Below, piece by piece: positions 1-9,738 of a DNA stretch of 64,000 nt (positions are counted from its first letter, which is position 1; every line of letters begins with the position of its first letter). Origin of the DNA: a virus; IMG/VR virus record IMGVR_UViG_3300032315_000979, positions 32,001 to 96,000 of that record; one strand, given 5' to 3'. Position numbers and translations under genes: made by a program. Below the pieces are notes generated by a model. It was not told the DNA's origin. It saw only the letters and a program-made list of their open reading frames with translations, and made no database searches.

Positions 1-2
1 CA

Positions 3-299
3 AATGGTGGTCCAGGTGCAACTGGTCTATCACCATTTGGTATTCCTTTGATTGAAGTACCTTTGATGCCAGAAACCGCTACTGGTGACTACTCAGCAGC
101 TGCAGGCAGTCATGGTTTTGTGGAACTTACATTCCCTAACAACCGTGTAATTGGTATCCACCGTGACATCACAGTGTACCGCCAGTTCAAGCCAAAGACT
201 GACACAATTGAGTACACACAGTACATGAGAGTTGCAGCCAACATTGAAAATGCTGATTCATATGTAATCGGTAAGAATGTTAAGTTGCGTTCACTCTAA
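3..299 (+). CDS. Major capsid protein, C-terminal fragment (5' truncated by the window)
   Basis: Frame is open from base 3. The sequence FGIPLIEVPLMP...LTFPNNRVIGIHRDITVYRQFKPKTDTIEYT.YMRV...IEN.D is typical of HK97-fold capsid C-termini. A strong terminator follows. Confidence 0.8.
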   Translation, partial: NGGPGATGLSPFGIPLIEVPLMPETATGDYSAAAGSHGFVELTFPNNRVIGIHRDITVYRQFKPKTDTIEYTQYMRVAANIENADSYVIGKNVKLRSL

Positions 300-322
300 T
301 TTAAACAATTAAAGTAGATATT

Positions 323-351
323 GGGCGGGGTTCACAAGAACCCCGCCTTTT
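323..351 (+). terminator. Rho-independent terminator after the capsid gene
   Basis: Perfect 10-bp stem GGCGGGGTTC-acaa-GAACCCCGCC followed by TTTT. Confidence 0.85.
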
Positions 352-383
352 ATCATATTTAAATTGATTTAAATTAACATAAG

Positions 384-392
384 TGGTAAGAT
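384..392 (+). promoter_or_regulatory. Extended -10 promoter, probably giving a leaderless transcript for ORF 400
   Basis: TGgTAAGAT lies 7 nt before ATG 400, with no Shine-Dalgarno. Confidence 0.55.
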
Positions 393-399
393 TGATCAT

Positions 400-699
400 A
401 TGACTAATAAAGAAACAAGTGTAACATCTAAAGAAATTAATAAACCAAAGAAGGCTGTAGCAAAAAAAGTTGCAGTGAAAAAAGAAATTACTCAAGAAAA
501 CATTTCTGAAGAAGGAAGGGTTTTGATTGTGTTTGAAAGTGGAGCTGGGTATTCAACTGCATCTGGATTCCGTTTTTCACAAAGAAATAAAATGGGCTTG
601 CTTCCAGCAGAAGAAGCCAACTTGCTTCTTGCATTGGATAATTTTAGATTACCTAGTGATGAAGAAAAAGAAATGTATTATACTAATCAGGAGGATTAA
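400..699 (+). CDS. Small capsid-adjacent protein: Lys-rich N-terminus plus a ~50-aa domain shared with GT4 55030-56286
   Basis: Directly follows the capsid gene. The SGAGYST...NFRxPxDxE motif recurs at 56125-56265. Confidence 0.75.
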   Translation: MTNKETSVTSKEINKPKKAVAKKVAVKKEITQENISEEGRVLIVFESGAGYSTASGFRFSQRNKMGLLPAEEANLLLALDNFRLPSDEEKEMYYTNQED

Positions 700-701
700 T
701 A

Positions 702-1085
702 ATGGCAGGCAATCTTACAAACTATCTTGAGAATAAACTGATTGATCATTTTCTTGGAACGACAACATATACCAAACCTACGAATGTTTATGTAGCGCTA
801 TTTACAGTCGCACCATCTGATGCAGCTGGTGGAACAGAAGTTACTGGTGGTTCATATGCTCGCAAAATTGCAACATTCACCGCTGCTTCAAGCGGTGCAA
901 CATCAAATGATGGCAATATTGACTTTACAGGAATGCCAGCAGTAACAACTGTAGCAATTGGTATTTTTGATGCAATTACAACTGGAAACATGTTGTTGTA
1001 TGGAACACTTACAACAAATAAAACAACAGATGCTGGGGATACTTTAAGAATCGCAACTGGCGATCTTGATATCAGCATTGACTAA
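702..1085 (+). CDS. Virion structural/fibre-associated protein
   Basis: SD GGAGG. The pattern NYLENKLIDH...YVALFT..P.DA.GGTEVTGGSYAR is common in phage minor tail/fibre proteins. Confidence 0.65.
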   Translation: MAGNLTNYLENKLIDHFLGTTTYTKPTNVYVALFTVAPSDAAGGTEVTGGSYARKIATFTAASSGATSNDGNIDFTGMPAVTTVAIGIFDAITTGNMLLYGTLTTNKTTDAGDTLRIATGDLDISID

Positions 1086-1091
1086 GGGGTT

Positions 1092-1436
1092 TTGATGCTG
1101 AGAAGAGAATTTACAGGAGCTGCGCTAAGAACAAACTTAAGTGCAAATATTTCAAGTGGTGACTCTTCTTTTACTGTAACCGATGCTATTGGTTTTCCAT
1201 CTGGATCAAACCCTTTTGCAGTAGTTGTTGACAGAGGAACATCTGATGAAGAGAAGATGCTTATCTCTTCAAGAAGTACAAATACTTTTACAATCCAGAT
1301 TCGTGGTTATGATGGAACAACCGCAAGATCACACACATCTGGTGCGTTTATAGACCATGTTCTTGACGCAGCAACTATTCAAGACATGAATACAACAACT
1401 TATGATAATGAAGTTTTAATGTGGATGGGGGCATAA
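1092..1436 (+). CDS. Virion protein with a ~70-aa domain also present twice in the tail hub protein
   Basis: Motif L.ANISS.D.SFTV...FP...E.....RG..GT.A.SHT.G. Hydrophobic C-terminal tag NEVLMWMGA. Start is TTG 1092 or ATG 1095. Confidence 0.6.
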   Translation: MMLRREFTGAALRTNLSANISSGDSSFTVTDAIGFPSGSNPFAVVVDRGTSDEEKMLISSRSTNTFTIQIRGYDGTTARSHTSGAFIDHVLDAATIQDMNTTTYDNEVLMWMGA

Positions 1437-1769
1437 ATGGCAAATCTAGTTCCGAAGTCTTTATATCTAGGCAATTCAACGGGTTCTAATGTTTATACTG
1501 TTGCAAATACTGCTGGTAATTACACAATTATTAAAGCAATAAATGTTTGTAACACAAGCGATACAGCAAATGCTACAGTTAGCATTCATATTCTAACAGC
1601 AGGAGCTTCTCCAGCAAATAATAACAAGATTATCAGTAATGCTAATGTTATTAAAAGTGATGTTTTGTACTACAACACATCAATTGTCGTTCCAGTAAAT
1701 AGCAATGTCTATGTATCATCCAGTAATAGTTCTGTAACCTTTAATATTAGCGGAGTAGAATATGCCTAA
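1437..1769 (+). CDS. Small beta-sandwich fibre adaptor-like protein (paralog of 18066-18419)
   Basis: IIKAINVCN...ATVSIHI...ISGVE resembles VFKVNALYVSN...ADVNVDI...CSYEE. Confidence 0.55.
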   Translation: MANLVPKSLYLGNSTGSNVYTVANTAGNYTIIKAINVCNTSDTANATVSIHILTAGASPANNNKIISNANVIKSDVLYYNTSIVVPVNSNVYVSSSNSSVTFNISGVEYA

Positions 1770-2127
1770 TCTTATTAATAGTGGTGGAACTGGTGGTTCT
1801 GGTGCTTCTGCAATTATAACCTGGGACACGACAAAAGAAGAGTTTAAGATTGGCGATAAGTTTTATGGGTTTCAGTACTACCCAGCAAATGCAAAGCTGA
1901 TAGTTCAAGAAATCCTTGAACCAGGTACGATTACAAATGAATATGACACTGGAACCAATGTGGTGTCAATTCCAAAACATAGATTAGGGGATACTTTTAC
2001 TGCAGATAATGAGTATTTTGATCCTTCAAATCATGCTATATATAAAAATTGGCTAACCAGTCAAGCTGAATTAACATTTTCTTGGTATACTGGTAACGAA
2101 AAGAATTTAATAGTGGAGGTTGCATAA
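1762..2127 (+). CDS. Hypothetical virion protein
   Basis: Tightly packed ORF in the structural operon. Confidence 0.55.
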   Translation: MPNLINSGGTGGSGASAIITWDTTKEEFKIGDKFYGFQYYPANAKLIVQEILEPGTITNEYDTGTNVVSIPKHRLGDTFTADNEYFDPSNHAIYKNWLTSQAELTFSWYTGNEKNLIVEVA

Positions 2128-4125
2128 ATGGCTGCAATAGATCTTGGTAGACTAAGGTTCTACCACCAGGGTGTGTATAGTAGTGCTACTACATATGAAA
2201 TGAATGATGTTGTGGCATATGGTGGTAAATCCTATGTATACATCAATACAACCAATGCAAGTAATAATCTCCCAACTAATGCAACATACTGGAGTGTCAT
2301 GTCTGAAGGACAAGACTACAAGGGTAACTGGGCAACAGCAACTGCTTATGTAGTAGATGATATTGTTGTTAGAGGTGGTTCAACCTATATTTGTTTGATC
2401 GCAAACACATCTGGAACATTCTCTACCGATCTCGCAGCAAATAAGTGGGAGTCATTCACCCGTGGTATTAGAAATCGTGGTTCGTGGGCTGCAAACACAG
2501 CTTATTTGAAAGATGATGTTGTTTACAACGGTATTGACTATGCAATTGCTACATCAGACTTTACATCAAACTCACCTGGCTTTGCTAACGAAACAGGTGG
2601 AAGATGGGAAACGATTGTCAATGGCGCTGACCCTATTCCATCACAGGTCGGTAATTCGGGTAAATTAATAACAACAGACGGAACAAATGCTTCTTGGACA
2701 TCAACTCCAAGCGTAAATACAATTGCTGTTGCTGGAAACACCTTTATTGGCGCAAACGCCGCAGCATTTGCAAATACACTAACTAATCCGACACTTGTTG
2801 TACAATCAAATACGCTAAATTACTCACAGATTGCATTTAGAAACTTAGGTGCAAACGCAAATAGCTCAACAGACTTTATTGCATACGCTGATATTAGTGA
2901 TGACGATACTGGTTGGATTGATATGGGTATTACATCCTCAAACTTTAACGATCCATCATTCACCATTACTGGTGCTCATGACGGATATGTTTTCGTAGAA
3001 GCTCCAGCAAACACTGCAGGAAAGGGAAACTTGATTCTTGCAACTGGTGGTAATGGAACACAGAATAAAATTATCTTTGCTGCTGGTGGTTTGTTGAGTG
3101 ACAAAACTCAAATGGTTATTACTCCAAACACATCTGTTGCAATCAATATCGCAACCAACTCTACAAGCGCAACAACTGGTGCGCTAACTGTTGCTGGTGG
3201 TCTTGGTGTTGGCGGTAATGTTTACATTAACGGTAATACTAATATCGTTGGTACAATCACTGTTGGTGGTGGTGCGTTTCAGTCAAACAACCTGACTGTA
3301 TCAGACCCAATTGTATTCATGGGTAATACAAACACTGGTGATACTTTTGATCTAGGATTTGCTGGTAAGTTTAATGATGGAGCTGTCAAGTACGCAGGTC
3401 TTTTGCGAGATGCATCGGATAGCGGAAAGTTCAAGCTGTTTACAAACCTAACAGCTGCCCCTTCATCAACAGCAAACTTTGCTGCAGCAGCAAGTGCATC
3501 GCTAGTCGTGGCAGGTGTTGAGGCAAGCGGAAATGTTGTAATCACATCCAATGTCGCTTCAGCAAATACAACATCTGGATCACTTATCATAACTGGTGGT
3601 GCTGGTATCTCTAATAATGTTTTTGTTGGAGGTAACATCTCAGTTGCTGGAAACGCAACTGTTACAACAAATCTAACTGTTACTGGAAACACAACTCTTT
3701 CAACCGATCTTGCTGTGACTGGTAATACCACCTTAACTGGTGGTCTGACAGTTTCTGGAGCGCTCGTAGCAGCGGAGATGTCAGAAATTGCAACATCTGG
3801 AACAATCAGTACGAATGTTTTGACACTTGATTGGACAGCTACAAATATCAGTTATGTAAGTTCTCCATCAGCAAACTTTACAATCAATGTTACCAATGCT
3901 CCAACTACAAATGATAGAGCATTGTCTGTAACCGTAATTGTTACTCAAGGAGCAACTCCATATATTCCAAGCGCATTGCAAATTGCTGGATCTGCACAAA
4001 CAATTAAATGGGGTGGTGGTTCTGCTCCGTCTGGAACAGCAAGTAAAATTGACATCTTTAGCTTCGTGTTGCTAAGAACAGGAAGTGCATGGACAGTCTT
4101 TGGTAGTTCAAGCTTGAACTACTAA
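2128..4125 (+). CDS. Long fibre protein with three N-terminal CBM5/12-like repeats
   Basis: Repeats of G.[YW]....Y...D.V...G..Y, a Gly/Thr/Asn-rich beta shaft, and a C-terminal ...TIKWGGGSAPSGT..KIDIFSF domain typical of fibre ends. Confidence 0.75.
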   Translation: MAAIDLGRLRFYHQGVYSSATTYEMNDVVAYGGKSYVYINTTNASNNLPTNATYWSVMSEGQDYKGNWATATAYVVDDIVVRGGSTYICLIANTSGTFSTDLAANKWESFTRGIRNRGSWAANTAYLKDDVVYNGIDYAIATSDFTSNSPGFANETGGRWETIVNGADPIPSQVGNSGKLITTDGTNASWTSTPSVNTIAVAGNTFIGANAAAFANTLTNPTLVVQSNTLNYSQIAFRNLGANANSSTDFIAYADISDDDTGWIDMGITSSNFNDPSFTITGAHDGYVFVEAPANTAGKGNLILATGGNGTQNKIIFAAGGLLSDKTQMVITPNTSVAINIATNSTSATTGALTVAGGLGVGGNVYINGNTNIVGTITVGGGAFQSNNLTVSDPIVFMGNTNTGDTFDLGFAGKFNDGAVKYAGLLRDASDSGKFKLFTNLTAAPSSTANFAAAASASLVVAGVEASGNVVITSNVASANTTSGSLIITGGAGISNNVFVGGNISVAGNATVTTNLTVTGNTTLSTDLAVTGNTTLTGGLTVSGALVAAEMSEIATSGTISTNVLTLDWTATNISYVSSPSANFTINVTNAPTTNDRALSVTVIVTQGATPYIPSALQIAGSAQTIKWGGGSAPSGTASKIDIFSFVLLRTGSAWTVFGSSSLNY

Positions 4126-4137
4126 TCGGAGGATATA

Positions 4138-5052
4138 ATGGGTTTTCTTTTTAAAGCATCTAAATCTCTTGGACCACTAAGCCCAAGACAACTTCTTTCA
4201 AGACTTGCTGGCTTTACAGATTCTTTTACAGCTAGTAATAGCGCATCAGCGCTTCCTACATCAGTAGCGACTCCTTGGGAAGCAACAAGAGGAACATGGG
4301 GTATTACAAGCAATAAAGCCTATGCAGTAAACGCCCCTTCAAGCTATGCTGTTGCGGCATTTGATGCAAAAACAGAAAATGCTACTGTTAGATCTACAAC
4401 TGATAATACTGGTGCTGGTGTTGGTGTCTCATTTTGGGTAACTGATTCTAATAACTGGTGGGGAGCCCACTCTAAAAAAACATCCACAACGGGAACTCCG
4501 TATATTTGTCCATCTGGTGGAACCGTGTCTGGGTCTAACTGCAACTACTCATACGGAGCAACTGGGTTTGCAAACGCCTACTACTTCTGCCCAGGTGGTT
4601 ACACATATCATGGTATTTGTTGTTTGTTAAATGGTCATGAATGGGTTGGTTGCATTGGTCCAAGCAGTTCCCCTGCCCCAACCACTTATGGATGCCCAAG
4701 CGGTGGTTCATTAAGCGGTACAACATGTTATGTTACATATGCTGCAAGTTTGACAACATATTACAACCATACCCTTGAGACAGTTAAGAATACTGCTGGA
4801 ACTATCACAACAGTTAACTCAACAGCAATAGCAAACACCACTAATAATAGTGATTATGTTGCTTATGTGCAGGCTAGTACAACAGCACCAAGCGCTGTTG
4901 TTACTGCACAAATGACATCTGGTGGAGCAGTTGCATCTTATACAGCACCTGCTGGAACACCAGCAATATCTAAAAAGCATGGTATGCTTGTTGGACCTAG
5001 TACGCTAAACGGTGTAACAACTGTTGAGACCTTTACATACACTCCAAACTGA
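4138..5052 (+). CDS. Fibre tip / adhesin-like protein with a Cys-rich insert
   Basis: SD GGAGG. Beta-rich body with the insert YICPSGGTVSGSNC...CPGGY..GICC...YGCPSGGSLSGTTC. Confidence 0.6.
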   Translation: MGFLFKASKSLGPLSPRQLLSRLAGFTDSFTASNSASALPTSVATPWEATRGTWGITSNKAYAVNAPSSYAVAAFDAKTENATVRSTTDNTGAGVGVSFWVTDSNNWWGAHSKKTSTTGTPYICPSGGTVSGSNCNYSYGATGFANAYYFCPGGYTYHGICCLLNGHEWVGCIGPSSSPAPTTYGCPSGGSLSGTTCYVTYAASLTTYYNHTLETVKNTAGTITTVNSTAIANTTNNSDYVAYVQASTTAPSAVVTAQMTSGGAVASYTAPAGTPAISKKHGMLVGPSTLNGVTTVETFTYTPN

Positions 5053-5055
5053 TCT

Positions 5056-5220
5056 ATGGATAAAGAAAATATAAGTTTAAGCAAGGCTGCGGAGCGCTTG
5101 GCTATTTGCAGAGAATGTCCTCGGCTGTTCAAACCAACCGTCACATGCAAAGAGTGCAATTGCTTTATGAAAATAAAAACACATCTTATAAATGCTACAT
5201 GTCCATTAGGAAAGTGGTAG
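5056..5220 (+). CDS. 54-aa Cys-rich protein, DUF6171-like (not in the ORF track)
   Basis: Translates as MDKENISLSKAAERLAICRECPRLFKPTVTCKECNCFMKIKTHLINATCPLGKW, with CxxC, CxxCxC and a terminal CPLGKW. Confidence 0.75.
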   Translation: MDKENISLSKAAERLAICRECPRLFKPTVTCKECNCFMKIKTHLINATCPLGKW

Positions 5221-5229
5221 TATTATTGT

Positions 5230-5625
5230 GTGAAAAAATACGAAATCAAGCATACAATACACGGTCCAGCTGTAATCTATGAAGGAGAAATTCTTTTTTT
5301 AGATCAAACTTTGAATTTTTTTGATATCATTGATGAGAATGCAGAGTTTTTGTTTGATATAACAGATGCTCTAATATCAAACATCAAAGAAGAGGTTGGA
5401 TATTTACTGTCAGCACTAGAAGACCGCCATCCAGCTAATGTTGGACCAGCCTATGCTGTAATTGGATCAATAAGCCATTACTGGAGATTGGTTCATAACG
5501 AATACCCAGAGTATAGTCAAGCAATGCTTAAGGCTAAAGGCGAAGAAAACACATGGGATATGAATAACCAAAACAATGCTTTGATTCACAAATTTTACAC
5601 AAAAGGAAAATTAAATGATAATTAA
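5230..5625 (+). CDS. Hypothetical protein
   Basis: GTG start 6 nt after TGgTAGTAT. Overlaps the next gene. Confidence 0.6.
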   Translation: MKKYEIKHTIHGPAVIYEGEILFLDQTLNFFDIIDENAEFLFDITDALISNIKEEVGYLLSALEDRHPANVGPAYAVIGSISHYWRLVHNEYPEYSQAMLKAKGEENTWDMNNQNNALIHKFYTKGKLNDN

Positions 5626-6223
5626 TCCAAATTTCCATTATAGCGTAACTCATCCGTTTATTGCTTTAAGTAATGTTTTTACTAGCGATGAATGTGATTT
5701 GATATCTGAAATTGGCAATCGTTTGCCAATGGTTGACTCTGTTGTTGGTGGTGAAAAACCAACTCATACCCAACACAGACAGTCAACAAATTCTTTTATG
5801 GAGCCAAATTCAGAAACAGAATGGATTTTTAATAGAATTATTGAAGCATCAACTTTTGTTAATGAAAGATATTTTCAATATGATTTGTACGGATTTTCTT
5901 TTTTGCAATACACAGAGTATTGCGACAAGTTAGATCACTATAACTGGCATATGGATATTGATCCACTTAGGGATGTCCAGAGTGGTCATATTGCACTCAC
6001 TAGAAAATTATCAGCAAGTGTTATTTTAAGTGACCCATCTGAATATGAAGGTGGTGATTTGGAAATGTATATTAATCTAGACACAACGGCGGAGCATACA
6101 GTTGCTCAGGAAAAGGGAGGAATTATTTTTTTCCCATCATATGCAATGCATAGAGTCACGCCAGTATCTGATGGATTAAGAAAAAGTCTTGTTGTTTGGA
6201 TAGAGGGTCCAAGATTTAAATGA
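5615..6223 (+). CDS. 2OG-Fe(II) oxygenase, prolyl-4-hydroxylase/PKHD-like
   Basis: Motifs WHMD, RKLSASVILSDP.EYEGG, FFPSYAMHRVTPV..G.RKSLVVW. Confidence 0.9.
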   Translation: MIINPNFHYSVTHPFIALSNVFTSDECDLISEIGNRLPMVDSVVGGEKPTHTQHRQSTNSFMEPNSETEWIFNRIIEASTFVNERYFQYDLYGFSFLQYTEYCDKLDHYNWHMDIDPLRDVQSGHIALTRKLSASVILSDPSEYEGGDLEMYINLDTTAEHTVAQEKGGIIFFPSYAMHRVTPVSDGLRKSLVVWIEGPRFK

Positions 6224-6954
6224 GTTTAGATATTAGATTTATTCCAATTGGGAAACTAGCAGCTACAACAACACCAAGTCCAAAACCAGCAAAAAATTAT
6301 ATTCCTGAGTGGTGGAAAAAGATTGATTCATATATTGGTGGAAAAGCAGATTTTCTATCTGACTCAAGCCTCAACACTACAGTAAAGCATTGTATGCCGT
6401 ATATTGATGCGCTCACTGGTGGTTATATTCAAGAACTATCAACTGATATTTATGTAGACATAAAAAAAGATGCGGATAATAATTTTGTTATTAAGATAAA
6501 TCATTCCCTTCAAATTCCAGGTCTTGCCCCCATAAAATACCGAACATATCCTAAAGATGCTTCAATTCAAAAATTTCCAGAAGGCTACTATCCAATTGAA
6601 TTCACTTGGTCTGAAAACTGGGTAACTGACACCCCAGATGGGTGGTCAACATTATATACTCATCCTATGAATAGATATGATTTACCTTTTATAACACTGT
6701 CTGGTCTGGTTGATACGGACAGGGGTAAGGTTAATATTGATGGCTCAATCCCTTTTTATATCAAAGATGGGTTCTCTGGGGTTATTCCAGCGGGGACACC
6801 TATCTATCAAATGCTGCCTGTTAAAAGAGAGTCCTGGGTGTCTGATGTTGAAGAGTATAGTGAGTATAGATACTTTAGAGATCTTCCCAGATTAAAAAAA
6901 TACTTTACTGGTGGTTATGTAAAAAATATTTGGCACAAGAAGAGGTATGAGTGA
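6220..6954 (+). CDS. Conserved phage protein of oxygenase clusters (DUF6065-like)
   Basis: Motifs PKPA..YIPEWWK, T.KHCMP.IDA...GY, TP.GWS.L.THPMNR, SG.VDTD, IPAGTPI.Q..P.KRE.W. Confidence 0.6.
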   Translation: MSLDIRFIPIGKLAATTTPSPKPAKNYIPEWWKKIDSYIGGKADFLSDSSLNTTVKHCMPYIDALTGGYIQELSTDIYVDIKKDADNNFVIKINHSLQIPGLAPIKYRTYPKDASIQKFPEGYYPIEFTWSENWVTDTPDGWSTLYTHPMNRYDLPFITLSGLVDTDRGKVNIDGSIPFYIKDGFSGVIPAGTPIYQMLPVKRESWVSDVEEYSEYRYFRDLPRLKKYFTGGYVKNIWHKKRYE

Positions 6955-7706
6955 TGAAATCAAAAGAATCAAATGAAATAATTGTTTACTGGGCTCCCTG
7001 GTGGACTCCAGAACCTGGTATTAATCTAGACATTGTATATCATGATCCAGTAAATATATACAAAGATTTTATTTCAAGAGGCGACCCTGATAGACCGTAC
7101 CCAAACTTCATCAATTGCCCAGCTGTTTCTGAAAAGTTTAAACGAACTTTTATGGTTAAAAATGTTGCTGAAACAGCTTTGCGTTGTGATCTTGATGAAA
7201 ATAAAGAAATTAAAATTAGTTATTTAAATTCTAGAACAACAAATAGTGCTGCGGGTATTCGTCATCAACCAACCTTAAAAGAAAATCTTTTGTTTGAATA
7301 TCACATGGCATATGCGCTATTTTCAGAAGAAAGCCTAACATTGGCAACTAGCTCTCCATATTTCCATAAAACGCCTCATTTACAGTATGGTGCGCTAGTT
7401 CCTGGGTCTTTTGATATTGGTCGTTGGTATAGACCGATTATTGCAGAATTTAATTTATGGACAGACAATGATTACTTCCATATTCAGCCAGACGAGCCAT
7501 TAATGTATTGGGAATTTTTTACAAACAAAAAAATTATCTTAAAGCGATATGAAAGAACTCAAAAGCTTTATGACATTACTAGTTCTGTAATAAATTTTAA
7601 ATTGGTAAAGAGGGGTTCCAACCTTCTTTCAAGATATAAAAAATTTGATGAATCATCTTTAAGAGCTATAATTCTTAAAGAAATTAAAGCTAATTTGGTG
7701 GAGTGA
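6951..7706 (+). CDS. Conserved hypothetical protein of oxygenase clusters
   Basis: Motifs CPA, PG.FDIG.WYRP, DEPL.Y. Translationally coupled to its neighbours. Confidence 0.55.
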   Translation: MMKSKESNEIIVYWAPWWTPEPGINLDIVYHDPVNIYKDFISRGDPDRPYPNFINCPAVSEKFKRTFMVKNVAETALRCDLDENKEIKISYLNSRTTNSAAGIRHQPTLKENLLFEYHMAYALFSEESLTLATSSPYFHKTPHLQYGALVPGSFDIGRWYRPIIAEFNLWTDNDYFHIQPDEPLMYWEFFTNKKIILKRYERTQKLYDITSSVINFKLVKRGSNLLSRYKKFDESSLRAIILKEIKANLVE

Positions 7707-7709
7707 TAA

Positions 7710-9182
7710 ATGAATATTGTCATTGTTGGTTCTGGTACAGCTGGTTTAATATCTTGTATATATTTAAAACAGGCTTTCCCAAAATATAATATAAAAGTTA
7801 TATCATCATCTTCAATCGGTATTATTGGTGTTGGTGAAGGCTCAACTGAGCACTGGAAGCAGTTTCAGGATTATTGCGGCATTGACCCTCACGACATGGT
7901 TATCAATACTGATGCTACTTATAAACTAGGTATCAAGTTTGAAAATTGGACCAAGCATACTCGTGAGTATTTTCATAGCGTTAATTCATCTGGAGCTCTG
8001 CATAAAGGAGGCTTTATACCAAGTTACGCAGATGCTGTTTTGAAAAATGAGTTATTAACAAATAGATTTTCATCTCTCGGTATTAATAAAAATGAAATTG
8101 ATGATGTTCAAAACCATCCTCACTATGCAAATCAATTTCATTTTGATACATTCAAAGTTAATGAATATCTTACTAAAGTTGCAAAATCAAGAGGTATTGT
8201 TTTTGTTGATGATGAAGTAACTTCTATAAAAAGAGATTCTGAATCTGGCTTTATTACTAAGGTTTCTTTGAAAAAAAATAGAGATATTAAAGGTGATTTT
8301 TTTATTGACGCAAGTGGATTTAAAAGGATCTTAGCAAGTGAATTTGACGATCAAAATTTTGTTTCATACGAAGAATATCTCCCATGCGATTCAGCAATTG
8401 CTTTTCCAACAGAAAGTGATCCTTCTGGTCAGATTAGACCTTACACTAGAGCCATCGCAATGAATTCTGGATGGGTTTGGGAAATTCCTACTCAAAAAAG
8501 AAGAGGAAATGGATATGTGTTTTCCTCCAGGTATGCAACTGAAATAGATGCTGTTGATGAGTTGTCTAAAATTTTTTCTCGTGAGATTATTCCAGCCAGA
8601 TCATTTAGGTTTAAACCTGGATATTATAAAAAAACTTGGCAGTTTAATTGCGTTGCAGTCGGTCTTGCTGCGTCTTTTGTTGAGCCATTAGAGGCAACTT
8701 CAATTAGCACAACTATTCAGCAAATTATGATTATCTCATCTCATCTATCTACATTTAATAATAAAACAAAATTTGGTATTGATGAATATCATAAACATAT
8801 GGATTCTGTGATGGAAAATATTTTGGCAATGATTTCAATGCACTACATTTCTGACAGAGACGATACAGACATGTGGAAAGACCAGAAATACACCAAGAGA
8901 CCAGATCTGGTTAATAGGTTACTAGGTCTCTGGCAAGAAAGACTTCCAGAAGCTCAAGACATCCCAAGGACTGGATTTGAATTATTTCACACCTATCACT
9001 TCTATCACATTGCTCAAGGTCAGGGGTTGATCAATACAAAAAATGCAAAAGCTCAATTGGATGCATACGATGCCAATGCTGTTATAAAAGATTGGTATGC
9101 TCAATACAGCAAGCAAAGATCTGCTAAAAAACTGATAGATCACGGAAAAGCTTTGAAGGGTCTGTATGTTGGAAATAGATAA
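7710..9182 (+). CDS. Flavin-dependent halogenase (tryptophan halogenase family)
   Basis: FAD motif GSGTAG, IGVGEGST, ATYKLGIKF (catalytic Lys position), FHFD, WVWEIP (WxWxIP) and FVEPLEAT. Confidence 0.9.
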   Translation: MNIVIVGSGTAGLISCIYLKQAFPKYNIKVISSSSIGIIGVGEGSTEHWKQFQDYCGIDPHDMVINTDATYKLGIKFENWTKHTREYFHSVNSSGALHKGGFIPSYADAVLKNELLTNRFSSLGINKNEIDDVQNHPHYANQFHFDTFKVNEYLTKVAKSRGIVFVDDEVTSIKRDSESGFITKVSLKKNRDIKGDFFIDASGFKRILASEFDDQNFVSYEEYLPCDSAIAFPTESDPSGQIRPYTRAIAMNSGWVWEIPTQKRRGNGYVFSSRYATEIDAVDELSKIFSREIIPARSFRFKPGYYKKTWQFNCVAVGLAASFVEPLEATSISTTIQQIMIISSHLSTFNNKTKFGIDEYHKHMDSVMENILAMISMHYISDRDDTDMWKDQKYTKRPDLVNRLLGLWQERLPEAQDIPRTGFELFHTYHFYHIAQGQGLINTKNAKAQLDAYDANAVIKDWYAQYSKQRSAKKLIDHGKALKGLYVGNR

Positions 9183-9738
9183 CTTTATTCCAGAATTTTA
9201 TCAAGACTCAATTTTAAAAACACTGTCTGAGTCAAATATTCAATGGTTATATGTTGATGGGGTTGCTGGAACAACGACTGATGTCAACACTCCTGGAGTT
9301 CAGATGTCACAGGACCAAACTGCATTCTACCATGTCGCTTTCAGAGATGGCAAGCCAGAATCTCATTTGTTTTATACACTTAGACCGATGATAGACGCAA
9401 TTCAATATCAAATTAAAAAACCAATATCTGATCTGTCTAGAATAAGAATAGGTCTTACTACATCATCATTCCATCCTGGACATCATGCTCCACATGTTGA
9501 TTTTTATGCAAGGCATAAATCTCTGCTATACTATGTAAACGATAGTGACGGAGATACTGTCTTTTACAATGAGCATTACAATGGTGATACCAGTGTAAAG
9601 GATTTTACTGTTCAAAAAAAAGTTACTCCTAAAAAGGGTAAAGCAGTATTTTTTGATGGCTTTCATTATCACAGCTCTGGAGTTCCACAAAAAACGCTCA
9701 AGAGAATGGTGATCAATATAAATTACAGGGATGACTGA
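9166..9738 (+). CDS. 2OG-Fe(II) oxygenase
   Basis: PHVD...YYVNDSDGDT...PKKGKAVFFDG..YHSS..P....R.VININ. Confidence 0.85.
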   Translation: MLEIDNFIPEFYQDSILKTLSESNIQWLYVDGVAGTTTDVNTPGVQMSQDQTAFYHVAFRDGKPESHLFYTLRPMIDAIQYQIKKPISDLSRIRIGLTTSSFHPGHHAPHVDFYARHKSLLYYVNDSDGDTVFYNEHYNGDTSVKDFTVQKKVTPKKGKAVFFDGFHYHSSGVPQKTLKRMVININYRDD

